From assembly GCA_041736175.1 (NCBI GenBank), contig JBGSUI010000238.1:1-25620 (forward strand): a stretch of 25,620 bases of DNA, read 5' to 3'. Source of the DNA: Oligoflexales bacterium (GTDB lineage: Bacteria; Bdellovibrionota_B; Oligoflexia; Oligoflexales; CAIYRB01). This document shows, piece after piece, positions 1-7,774 of this stretch. Position numbers and translations under genes: made by a program. How positions within the stretch are numbered: the stretch's first letter is position 1; every line of letters starts with the position of its first letter. Below the pieces are notes generated by a model. The model was not told where the DNA came from. It searched no databases and was given only the letters and a program-made list of their open reading frames with translations.

Positions 1-30
1 CCATACCTAACTTGTCAAAGAGCTGGCTTT

Positions 31-131
31 CGCCATACATACTTATGTAGCACTGTGGCGGCGGATTTTCTAGCGAAAATCCTTTGCGGTTCGCCTTTTC
101 TCGCCCCTGAAGGAGCGAGATTGCGGCGAAC
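31..131. other. Three consecutive hairpins, possibly the left end of an IS200/IS605-type element running off the left edge
   Basis: cgcca-tacat..atgta-tggcg (31-60); ggattttc-tagc-gaaaatcc (63-82); gttcgcc..tctcgc-ccctgaagga-gcgaga..ggcgaac (89-131). A CTGAAG-loop hairpin resembles IS605-family ends. Minus-strand TTGACA at 13-18. Confidence 0.35.
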
Positions 132-139
132 ATCTGTTC

Positions 140-321
140 AATCCTTCAATCTATAAACCACATGACAAAATTAATTGGAGGCAGAAAGATCATGACCATA
201 ATGATCCCCCAACCTGTTAAGTAAGCGTATAAAGGTCCTCGGGGCATTTTTGTTTTGCAGAGAACGCGACTACTTATATAAACAACAGGAACGAAAACAA
301 TTGACCATTGCAAAAGGTCAA
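140..321. repeat. Copy 1 of an approximately 180-bp imperfect direct repeat (copy 2 at 4321-4501)
   Basis: Manual alignment gives about 23 mismatches and one 1-bp gap (about 87% identity). Confidence 0.9.
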
Positions 322-511
322 CAATCTCCCACAGGACCCCATGATGGGTATCAAAGGGAAGGATTTTCGGATCGGGAAAAGACGGACGTGGCCAATATCC
401 AAGATAGGATTTTGCTTTGATGGCAAGCCAAATGATTCCAATGACCCATATATAGGGTAATGTACTAAGTAGAAATGCGATAATATAAAGGATTTTATGC
501 GAGGTTATCAT
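146..511 (-). CDS. Small membrane protein (about 121 aa, about 3 hydrophobic segments)
   Basis: ORF 146..595. The ATG at 511 (MITSHKILY...) is preferred because it minimises overlap with the upstream gene. A diverged second copy at 4321-4501 differs mostly by synonymous or conservative changes, which supports coding. Confidence 0.75.
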   Translation of the reverse strand: MITSHKILYIIAFLLSTLPYIWVIGIIWLAIKAKSYLGYWPRPSFPDPKILPFDTHHGVLWEIVDLLQWSIVFVPVVYISSRVLCKTKMPRGPLYAYLTGWGIIMVMIFLPPINFVMWFID

Positions 512-1028
512 CCCTCGTTGTATTTTTCTTCGTTCGGAGGAAAACGTTGCCATTTTTATTTTTGACCACGGTAACATTGTCGATTTTTCCTTCATTTGCC
601 AATTTTACAGCTTCTACGATACTTACTTCGCCAATTCCTTCGACCGCATACCCTAGCGTTTTCCCTTTTTTATCCTTGAGAATATCTGTGACATAGGTGA
701 GCTTTTCACCCCACTCCCTGTCTTCGCGGATTTCATAATTTCCAAAATGTTTATCAGGAACTGGAAGCATGACACTGACAGGAATTTAAATACCATTTAT
801 GATTTGGTAAATATTCGCTGTATAATCATCAGGCACTTTCCACCAACTGCTATGCATTAAAATAGGGCTTCCATCCAACCGTCTGAATGCGTCAATATCA
901 ACATTCTCCGGCGACTTTCTCTTGGGACCGAGACGATGAACGATTGCTGGCCCCGAGTCAGTTTCGAGGATCAAAAGCTCCTGGGAGCTATGATTTAAAA
1001 TTCTGCCCTTACCTTTTTCTTCTGGCAC
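495..1028 (-). pseudogene. DUF3892-like protein split by one in-frame TAA (786-788)
   Basis: ORFs 786..1028 and 495..770 share a frame and read ...IINGI*IPVSVMLPVPDK... The C-terminal EAVKLANEG...FLRT...DDNL pattern resembles DUF3892. Confidence 0.6.
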
Positions 1029-1060
1029 ACAAACCTCCGCACATCAACATGAGCAGTGTT

Positions 1061-1438
1061 TTATCCGTTAGTACCGGTCCGCTTCTTACTTTCCGATAAG
1101 TGCAAGACTTTGATTTTTGCGTAGACTCCCAGTAGGTCGCTAGCGCACTTATCGAGTCCTTCCAGCAAGCGACGTGAGGGGCCGAGCGGCGATGATTGTC
1201 CTTGTTCCCAGCTACGGACTGTGCCAAGGCTTACTTCCAAAAACTGGCCTAACATCTCTTGTGTAAACCGCAGCTGCTTGCGAATGCGCTTGATGTCCTG
1301 GGGCCTAAAATCCCGTGCCGGGTTTATTGAATACTCTTGAATATGTGCTCCAGCCACATGCTTGCCAGCTGCTATCTCGCGTGCTTGGCCAAGACTCTCC
1401 ATAAGGCCATCAAACAAATTTGAATTTTTCTTAACCAT
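1061..1438 (-). CDS. HigA-like XRE/HTH antitoxin
   Basis: LFDGLMESLGQA N-terminus and IKRIRKQLRFTQEML...VSLGTVRSWEQG HTH; starts 3 nt after the toxin stop. Confidence 0.85.
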   Translation of the reverse strand: MVKKNSNLFDGLMESLGQAREIAAGKHVAGAHIQEYSINPARDFRPQDIKRIRKQLRFTQEMLGQFLEVSLGTVRSWEQGQSSPLGPSRRLLEGLDKCASDLLGVYAKIKVLHLSESKKRTGTNG

Positions 1439-1441
1439 AAA

Positions 1442-1781
1442 TTACCCAAATCGCCTTTCAAGCTCAGCTTCGATGGCCTGGACAGCGCGAGTTACTGAGC
1501 GTCGTTGATCTGAATCCAGGTCTTCCTGCTCATCCTTGCGAATGAAGAAAAAGATGCCCGAACCTTTCGAAATCTCGATATAAAACCCGACCACCACCAC
1601 GCCTTCCTTTGCCTGACACCGCCACACGAACCTTGCGCAAACCATATGTACCAGGCACAACGTCCCCTACTTTGGGCTCGTCCAAGAGCCGTAACTCCAG
1701 CCTACGCAGATCGTCATCGGACATGCCTCCATCTTTCCAGGTGGCGTAGAACTTAGGAGTTGAAACAAACAGTCTTTTCAA
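1442..1781 (-). pseudogene. RelE/HigB-like toxin, frameshifted near 1540-1556
   Basis: The N-part GDVVPGTYGLRKVRVAVSGKGRRGGGRVLY (ORF 1530..1781) continues in the +1 frame as KDEQEDLDSDQRR...(stop 1442), matching the usual K.E..DL motif of this toxin family. Confidence 0.8.
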
Positions 1782-1807
1782 TGAGATAGGACTCCCAACA
1801 GATTAAC

Positions 1808-1845
1808 TACTATAAGATAGTACCACCAAAAGATAGTACTTTCAA
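1808..1845 (-). promoter_or_regulatory. Sigma70 promoter of the toxin-antitoxin operon with overlapping operator-like repeats
   Basis: Minus strand TTGAAA(1845-1840)-17 nt-TACTAT(1822-1817) with an extended TG. Inverted repeat tactat-aag-atagta (1808-1822) and direct repeat aagatagtac (1814, 1830). Confidence 0.65.
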
Positions 1846-1851
1846 TACTCT

Positions 1852-1878
1852 CATCGGCATTTCCCTCGAAAACTTAAG
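1852..1878 (-). promoter_or_regulatory. Sigma28/FliA-like promoter
   Basis: Minus strand CTTAAG-N15-CCGATG (GCCGATGA); the motif recurs four times in intergenic DNA. Confidence 0.5.
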
Positions 1879-1931
1879 GCTAATATGGATGGGGCGAGCT
1901 CCAGCGCCCCAATTCTCTAAAGATTCGTTCC

Positions 1932-1993
1932 GTGGCTAAGGGAGCGGATTGCAAATCCGCGATGCCCTGGTTCGACTCCGGGCGGCGCCTCCA
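1932..1993 (+). pseudogene. 5'-truncated tRNA-Cys(GCA), likely an attachment-site remnant
   Basis: Anticodon arm gcgga-ttGCAaa-tccgc (1944-1960), T arm cctgg-ttcgact-ccggg, 3' acceptor cggcgcc-t-CCA. The required 5' strand GGCGCCG is absent (agattcgttcc instead). Confidence 0.85.
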
Positions 1994-2005
1994 ATTTTTT
2001 GTATT

Positions 2006-2896
2006 TTAAGCCAAAAATTTTTTTTGATATGGTTGTAGTTTAGCGATGACAAATTCTGGCGGTGCGTTCACGCGAATTGGCAGTATGCTCGTCCCAATTC
2101 CGCTACTAACCAACAGAGTGCCGAGTTCAAACTCAATCCATTGCTGATTAGCCCATGTACGAGGCGCGCGGCCTGGAGTGACCATGGCGCCTAGGCCTGG
2201 GACAAAAATTTGGCCTCCATGTAAGTGACCTGCGAATGCGATGTTAAAGCGATTTTTTATTTGAAAAAGCGCGCCCGGATCGTGCATAAAGACGATCTTC
2301 GGCCACAATGTGTCCGTCACAGAAAAGGCTCGATGGGCATCAGCGTGGTTCGTGAAGTCATCGCCTATTCCCACGAGCCAGAATTTTGTCCCATCAGGTC
2401 GATCGATAAGTTGGGCGCGATTTTCCAAAACTTTGATACCATTTGCCTCAAGCGAGGCTTTGACTGTCGGCCCTCCGTTCCACCAATCATGATTTCCAAG
2501 CACTGCAAACACGCCGAGTGGCGCCTTTAGCTTGCTTATTAAAGACGCTACTTCCAATATCGGTATGGGTCGACCGCCGATGATCCCATTGATGACCAGA
2601 TCGCCACCTATAAGTACCAAGTCAGGCGACTCAGCACTGATACGGGCGATCAACTTTTCAATGTACTCGCGATCCACATGTGGTGCACCAGCATGAAGGT
2701 CCGAGAAAAACGCGATTTTCAACTCCGACCCTGGCCAATTGTTACGGACAACTTGCCGTTTCACCAGCATCCCAGGTTCGACAAACACGCCCCACGCCAG
2801 CAAACCTGTACCGAAGGCAAGTATCGCCCTTAGCAGCCAATGCCTTCGTTTTGCTTTGGGCATGGCGAGGACCAGTGACCATAACGTCATACTCAA
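2006..2896 (-). CDS. Membrane-anchored metallophosphoesterase (YkuE/YaeI-like)
   Basis: SDLH, GGD, GNHD, H and GHLHGGQ motifs; N-terminal hydrophobic segment ending in VEP. The start codon is uncertain. Confidence 0.9.
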   Translation of the reverse strand: MSMTLWSLVLAMPKAKRRHWLLRAILAFGTGLLAWGVFVEPGMLVKRQVVRNNWPGSELKIAFFSDLHAGAPHVDREYIEKLIARISAESPDLVLIGGDLVINGIIGGRPIPILEVASLISKLKAPLGVFAVLGNHDWWNGGPTVKASLEANGIKVLENRAQLIDRPDGTKFWLVGIGDDFTNHADAHRAFSVTDTLWPKIVFMHDPGALFQIKNRFNIAFAGHLHGGQIFVPGLGAMVTPGRAPRTWANQQWIEFELGTLLVSSGIGTSILPIRVNAPPEFVIAKLQPYQKKFLA

Positions 2897-3075
2897 CTCA
2901 AATTGTCCCCGCTGACATAGGCATGTCGAAACGCATCAACGTCGTTATCATGAAAGCCCCGTTTGAGCGTACCGATCGTACCATCCGCCTTTTTTGGTAG
3001 CGGTCGAACATGTGCATCGAAAAAGATATAGCCCTCCATTTCAGCTTCATGCAAAAGTGACAGCGGTCCTTTCAA
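2893..3075 (-). pseudogene. Short gene fragment with a DAFRHAY motif
   Basis: DNDVDAFRHAYVSG is followed by a stop five codons later. The motif resembles the DAFRH family (DUF6973-like, recalled, not searched). Confidence 0.45.
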
Positions 3076-3133
3076 AATAATTTCTTTTCAAGCTTTAACA
3101 ATTCACGCCTTCGAGATTTGAGACTCCCAGTCA

Positions 3134-3583
3134 TCAACCAAATTTACTCACAGGTGCATCGCTTGAACGTGAATCAAGTCGGTCCAAGAGATCAGGATCA
3201 CGATAGATGGAATAGAGCAAACTCCAATAATGATAACTCGGAAACGACCTGCGATTCTTTAGGTCGGACAAATGCTGGTATCCCATAGGGATCCGTTCGG
3301 CGATTTCGACTAGGGTTAGACGAGTTCTCTGCTTAATCCTATTGATAAAGTGACTGACTTGATCTTTGATAGATTCGCGAGCAGCCTCATCAAGGGCTTT
3401 CGCTGAACTTCGATTCCCCGCAAGAGCGCCACAATTTGCGCAACGATATTGATTCACATCACAAGAGATGTACACGCGGGGGAAATCTTTCCATGATTCA
3501 TTGAGCCACGTGTCCTTTAAGTTAATCGCTTTGATGGCAGCTTGCCCACACTGACCACAAGGCCGGTTTAATTGCTTTTCCAT
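3134..3583 (-). CDS. MqsA-like antitoxin (Zn ribbon + HTH)
   Basis: CGQC...CANCG zinc ribbon followed by LTLVEIAERIPMGYQHLSDLKN HTH; overlaps the upstream toxin. Confidence 0.75.
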   Translation of the reverse strand: MEKQLNRPCGQCGQAAIKAINLKDTWLNESWKDFPRVYISCDVNQYRCANCGALAGNRSSAKALDEAARESIKDQVSHFINRIKQRTRLTLVEIAERIPMGYQHLSDLKNRRSFPSYHYWSLLYSIYRDPDLLDRLDSRSSDAPVSKFG

Positions 3584-3984
3584 GATCGCTCCCCAAAATA
3601 AGTCACTTCTAAGATCTTGCCGTTTTCAAATTTCATGTCTTCATCGAGCGGATGAAAGGAAATCGCGCTAACGCAATGATCATCGGCTTCCCCGAGCAGG
3701 TAAAACTTAACATACCAGTTTTGACCCCGATAATTCTCCAGTCCATATACATCAACCACCGTACCTCGACCTGAAAGAAACTGCTGTTGAAAGAATCCTG
3801 CCGTATACAATTCCAATAAACCATGCGCAATTGTTTCCTGCGCCGTTACATCATCCTCTTGAAAAACAAACCCAACTGCTCCAAAGGATTTCTTTCGTGG
3901 TGTGAACCAGATCTTGTCATCATCTCCTTCCAACCATCTCTTGACCAGAAACTTGACAACATCCAAATCATATCTAGCCGGCAC
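3568..3984 (-). CDS. MqsR-like toxin
   Basis: YDL..VK.LV, DVYG, WYVKF and ISFH motifs. GTG at 3984 follows GGGGGAG (the ORF extends to 4029). Confidence 0.7.
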   Translation of the reverse strand: MPARYDLDVVKFLVKRWLEGDDDKIWFTPRKKSFGAVGFVFQEDDVTAQETIAHGLLELYTAGFFQQQFLSGRGTVVDVYGLENYRGQNWYVKFYLLGEADDHCVSAISFHPLDEDMKFENGKILEVTYFGERSWKSN

Positions 3985-4010
3985 AACCGCTCCCCCTAAC
4001 CACATTACCT

Positions 4011-4042
4011 TATCGGTACTTAAGACCATAACTTAAGTCTTA
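4011..4042 (-). promoter_or_regulatory. Sigma28-like promoter overlapped by an operator-like inverted repeat
   Basis: Minus strand CTTAAG-N15-CCGATA (4037-4011); inverted repeat taagac-N10-gtctta (4021-4042). Confidence 0.55.
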
Positions 4043-4320
4043 GGCCTATATTTTTTATAACCTATTAATATCAGAAGATCAATTAATTATTGACGACTGC
4101 CCGATGGCGAATCCCTAACCAGTCAATAAGTACGCATTTTTGTAAATCTTTGCCATCTGTTTAAAAATCGCTTTAATTTTAGGCATATAAAAAACTTAGC
4201 GTGATGCATTGCCATCTAGAGATGTCTTATATAACCAACTGTTATTTAACATAAAACTCGCCAATGGCTTTTTCCCTTCAACGAAACTCCTATATGGTGA
4301 TTTCCTCCCTGTATGTCGAA

Positions 4321-4501
4321 AATCCTTCAATCCATAAACCACATGACAAATTAATTGGAGGCACAAAGATCATAACTATAATGATCCCGCAACCTGCTAA
4401 GTAAGTATATAAAGGCCCTCGAGTCATTTTTGCTTTGCAGAGCATGCGACTACTAAAATACACCACAGGGACCAAAACAATCGACCATTGTAAAAAGTCA
4501 A
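4321..4501 (-). pseudogene. Truncated, frameshifted paralog of the 146..511 membrane-protein gene (3' half only)
   Basis: About 87% identical to 140-321, with a 1-bp deletion (acaaaatt to acaaatt). The 5' half is replaced by an IS-end remnant. Confidence 0.85.
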
Positions 4502-4557
4502 AAAAGGGATCGGAATCCCTTCCAGCAAGCTCCGCCCTTTAGGGCAGGGTAGTTGAC
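4497..4557 (+). mobile_element. Orphan IS200/IS605 (tnpB-type) right-end / omegaRNA 3' remnant
   Basis: gtcaaaaaag-hairpin(aagggat/atccctt)-aagctccgcccTTTAgggcagggTAGTTGAC. It has the same layout as the element end at 25481-25557 (minus) and reads SKKGSESLPASSAL*. Confidence 0.75.
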
Positions 4558-4580
4558 GTTTTGGCCATGACAGCTCTCGA

Positions 4581-5387
4581 TTATTCTAGGGTAAAAAAAT
4601 CGACCAGACAACAGACTAGCTGCTCTTCTGGAGATGGGATCACTATCTTTCGGGTTTCTTCAATAAAATTGAATACCAATTCTCGCATTTTTATAAAATC
4701 ATCTTGGCTCATAGCGTATAAAGCCGTGTAATTTATGTCAGCAGGGTTTGAAGATTCTCCCATGCGACGGTTAGCAAGTTGACGCCAAATACCATGATAC
4801 ATGAGGTATAGTGGGGAATTATGAGGGACGTGAATATTCTTCTGCAGCGAGATCCATTTGTTTTCTTGTTTTTCTGCCAAGCCCATTTGCTCCAGCTGGG
4901 CCAATGCAGACGCCACAAGTTGTCGCGAAAGACCCAACACTTCAGCGATGGCCTTTTCGTTGGCAAATTTAGGTATAGCAATCAACACGTGAATTGCAGA
5001 ATAATACCAAGTTGAATAATAAATCATCAATCCTTGGTCGGGAACGGCAGCACTGTTTTTTATTTTTGAACTAAGCTGGCTATGGTGACGACGGATCTTT
5101 TCCAATTTTTGCCTGAGGATCGATTGCAAATGTCGAGAGCCACTCCTTTCGTAACCTACCAAGGCTAAAAAGTACTCGGTTTCATCTTCGTCAAATTGCA
5201 AAAATATAGCGATACCCGCCGCCTGATCCAAAGTCAGCTGCACTTGGCCGCTGAGCATCTGGGAAAAATAGGATGCTTGGCAACCAGCAGCTTCGGCCAA
5301 ACGCTTTTGAGAACCGCGCTTGGAAGTTTGGCCTGCAAGGTAACTGGTTATGATATCTCTATAATTTTGAAAACTAAAAACATCCAT
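4581..5387 (-). CDS. TIGR02147-type protein (N-terminal HTH + DUF4423-like domain)
   Basis: FSFQNYRD, GSQKRLAEAAGCQASYFSQML, YYSTWYYSAIH patterns; 268 aa; divergent from a secreted-protein gene. Confidence 0.85.
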   Translation of the reverse strand: MDVFSFQNYRDIITSYLAGQTSKRGSQKRLAEAAGCQASYFSQMLSGQVQLTLDQAAGIAIFLQFDEDETEYFLALVGYERSGSRHLQSILRQKLEKIRRHHSQLSSKIKNSAAVPDQGLMIYYSTWYYSAIHVLIAIPKFANEKAIAEVLGLSRQLVASALAQLEQMGLAEKQENKWISLQKNIHVPHNSPLYLMYHGIWRQLANRRMGESSNPADINYTALYAMSQDDFIKMRELVFNFIEETRKIVIPSPEEQLVCCLVDFFTLE

Positions 5388-5507
5388 CGGCAGAAGTATA
5401 GTTAATATTTTATGAATGTAAATGGCAATTTTTCATAAAATACATCTCGACGATAGGTTTTTTAGGCCTTATCTTGAACTTCCAAACAGCTAGGGGGTAA
5501 AAAAGCG

Positions 5508-6758
5508 ATGGAACTAAAAGTAAAAAGCACTGCAGGCTGTTTTCTATGGCTACTGAGTAGTGCATTCATAAGTACTCCTATTTGTGAGGGCGGGGCTATA
5601 TCAAGCGGTGGTGGTTTTATCTATGAAACCGAGGCTAATCCTTGGTTTATGGAAAACACTAAGGAGGTCCCCTATTGTGTCGAGGTGGACCCGACGGCCT
5701 TTAAGCTGAATCAGGAGCGCGTGGAACAAATCGTCGTGAAGGCTTTAGATAACTGGAAGAACGTCTTTCGCGATCTGGATCATAACCGTTTTCAGCCTGG
5801 AGCCAGCGATCTGGTAGGACGGGTCAGGCTTGCAACGCAAACCTTTATCAGGGAAACGTGTGGGCCTAGCACTGCCCTACGGTTCCAATTTGGAAGGCTC
5901 TCACCACCACAAAGGCTCTATATCCCGGATACAACCTTTGTGATCGCACAGACAGTGCGCACCTCCTATGACGAAGTTAACATGCGTGGATCGGGATTTA
6001 TCTATATCTCTGCGGACAAAGGCCCCCTTAAGCCTTCGTCCCCCCTTATCGACGAGAACCGCTGGATATTCAACAACGGAATCATTCTCTATCGAGTTTT
6101 AGCACATGAGTTAGGGCATATGTTTGGTCTACAGCATAGGGGTGGCAAAGATGCTTTGATGGGGACCATGCATCCCGAGGTCATTTCTCGCAAAAGCACG
6201 ACCGCTGACCTTGCCACCCAGGATACTCATGAGGTCCAGAGGGTTTTAGAAAATCTAAATGTTTTAAGCGTTCAAGTTCCGTTTACTGATGCCAATTGCC
6301 TTCCAGAAAGCATTAATGGCCTGCCGGTTTTACACGATATACCTGATCTAAAAAAGCAATTCTTCAATATGCCACAGGATTGGCATTGCTACCGCTTGGA
6401 TTTTGAACATAATCACTTCACTGTTTATGGATCGCCCCACAAGGGCGATCCATGGGAATATCTAGGAGAAACCGACGTAGCGAATCAGTCACAGGAAATT
6501 TCCCTGGAGCTTATTTCTATCCAGCTACCTGCGCAGCAACGAGTTTTTTCCAAGTTGCCACCAGATAGTAGGGCAAGTGGTTACCTACCTGGACTATCGG
6601 CTATAACCCGCCATAAGTTCCAAGCGCCCTATCGATCAGCAGCTAGCCCATCGGCTCCATCATGGCTGAATGTCACGTTATTGCCCGACCATGGTTATGA
6701 GATGGAAGGTGTCGTGAATGGACGTATCGAAGTGTTTCAAATCAATGCTTCTGAGTAG
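5508..6758 (+). CDS. Secreted metzincin (matrixin-like) zinc metalloprotease
   Basis: Signal-like N-terminus, HELGHMFGLQH (HExxHxxGxxH) and a Met-turn (ALMG). Confidence 0.8.
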   Translation: MELKVKSTAGCFLWLLSSAFISTPICEGGAISSGGGFIYETEANPWFMENTKEVPYCVEVDPTAFKLNQERVEQIVVKALDNWKNVFRDLDHNRFQPGASDLVGRVRLATQTFIRETCGPSTALRFQFGRLSPPQRLYIPDTTFVIAQTVRTSYDEVNMRGSGFIYISADKGPLKPSSPLIDENRWIFNNGIILYRVLAHELGHMFGLQHRGGKDALMGTMHPEVISRKSTTADLATQDTHEVQRVLENLNVLSVQVPFTDANCLPESINGLPVLHDIPDLKKQFFNMPQDWHCYRLDFEHNHFTVYGSPHKGDPWEYLGETDVANQSQEISLELISIQLPAQQRVFSKLPPDSRASGYLPGLSAITRHKFQAPYRSAASPSAPSWLNVTLLPDHGYEMEGVVNGRIEVFQINASE

Positions 6759-6884
6759 TTCTGCCGTAGTCGATACCACTTATAACGGTTGATAGTGCAA
6801 CCATAAACGTTCTGCCATTGGTATCCGTGCGCTGTAATAGTGCGGCCACGGTTTTTAAAATATTTTTGTGCAAGGAGTACGACT

Positions 6885-7610
6885 ATGAAAATTAAAACCA
6901 ACAATAAACGAGCCCGTATGTGGGGACAAACCTATTTTAAATTAAAAGTCCTGACCCTGCCAATGCTCGTCCTAAGCTGTGGCGGGCATACTAACAAAGA
7001 TCGAGATCCTCCTGTTGCTGACAGTCCTAAATCACAGAGCGCCAATGAGGATTCAACCAACGATGCTGACAAAAACGGAGATAAGTCGCCGTCCGTTCCA
7101 ATAGGGAACAACCCAACAACCCCAGATACTGATAGTGGGTCGAAAAGACCGCCCCCTGTGAGACAGCAATGGAAGTTTAAAACAATCATTCGCGAGTTTG
7201 GTTCTTTTAACGGCCAACCTGATAGGGCTGCGTTATTTATAATAGGAGCAGAGCCCGGCCCATTAAATATAAAATCTATAACAGGTTCAGAATTGGGGTC
7301 AAGTTATAGGGCAGTCTATGGTGAACTGGAAAAGCTTATTGAGTCTCCTGCTGGACTATTTAAGCAGTCGGCGTTACCGATGAGCGATACTCAGCGCCAA
7401 AATCTCTTAGTTGAATACAAAGGGGTCACTGCCGTATATTTTGAACAATATCAAAATGCTCTGTGCGACGGCACTCCCAAAAATTATAAGATAATGGCCG
7501 ATGTCCTTGGTGCTCCTGCAGTAGTCGATGTTTCCTTTGATGCTTATGCTCAGGAAGCATCTGATTGTCTCATTACCCGCATGGTCGAGATGGCCTCAAT
7601 GAAAAAATAA
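6885..7610 (+). CDS. Hypothetical lipoprotein
   Basis: AAGGAG RBS before ATG 6885; lipobox LVLSC followed by a low-complexity D/S/P linker. Confidence 0.75.
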   Translation: MKIKTNNKRARMWGQTYFKLKVLTLPMLVLSCGGHTNKDRDPPVADSPKSQSANEDSTNDADKNGDKSPSVPIGNNPTTPDTDSGSKRPPPVRQQWKFKTIIREFGSFNGQPDRAALFIIGAEPGPLNIKSITGSELGSSYRAVYGELEKLIESPAGLFKQSALPMSDTQRQNLLVEYKGVTAVYFEQYQNALCDGTPKNYKIMADVLGAPAVVDVSFDAYAQEASDCLITRMVEMASMKK

Positions 7611-7618
7611 AATACTGC

Positions 7619-7651
7619 GCCAAAATCCCTCAAAAACCGAGGGATTTTGGC
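7619..7651. terminator. 13-bp perfect hairpin between convergent genes
   Basis: gccaaaatccctc-aaaaacc-gagggattttggc; no strong U tract. Confidence 0.6.
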
Positions 7652-7774
7652 CATGAAGAGACCGGCGCAGTTCGACGCCAATGAGTCAAAAGAGAATGAT
7701 CACTTAACTTCCAAAAACTCTGTTTATAAACCAACCTGCCTCTAATATTTGCAATCGTGGGTCATAAAGTTATT

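Noticed and set aside
5..143. Integron attC site (minus-strand GTTAGGT at 11-5 and ATTGAAC near 140)
   Set aside because: The L boxes do not pair at the expected spacing, and no other attC-like sites or integrase are visible.
1890..1911. Hairpin tggggcg/cgcccca as a terminator or the missing tRNA 5' half
   Set aside because: There is no U tract on either strand, and it does not contain GGCGCCG.
1921..1993. Intact tRNA-Cys gene
   Set aside because: The 5' sequence cannot pair with the 3' acceptor strand cggcgcc, so it is treated as a fragment.
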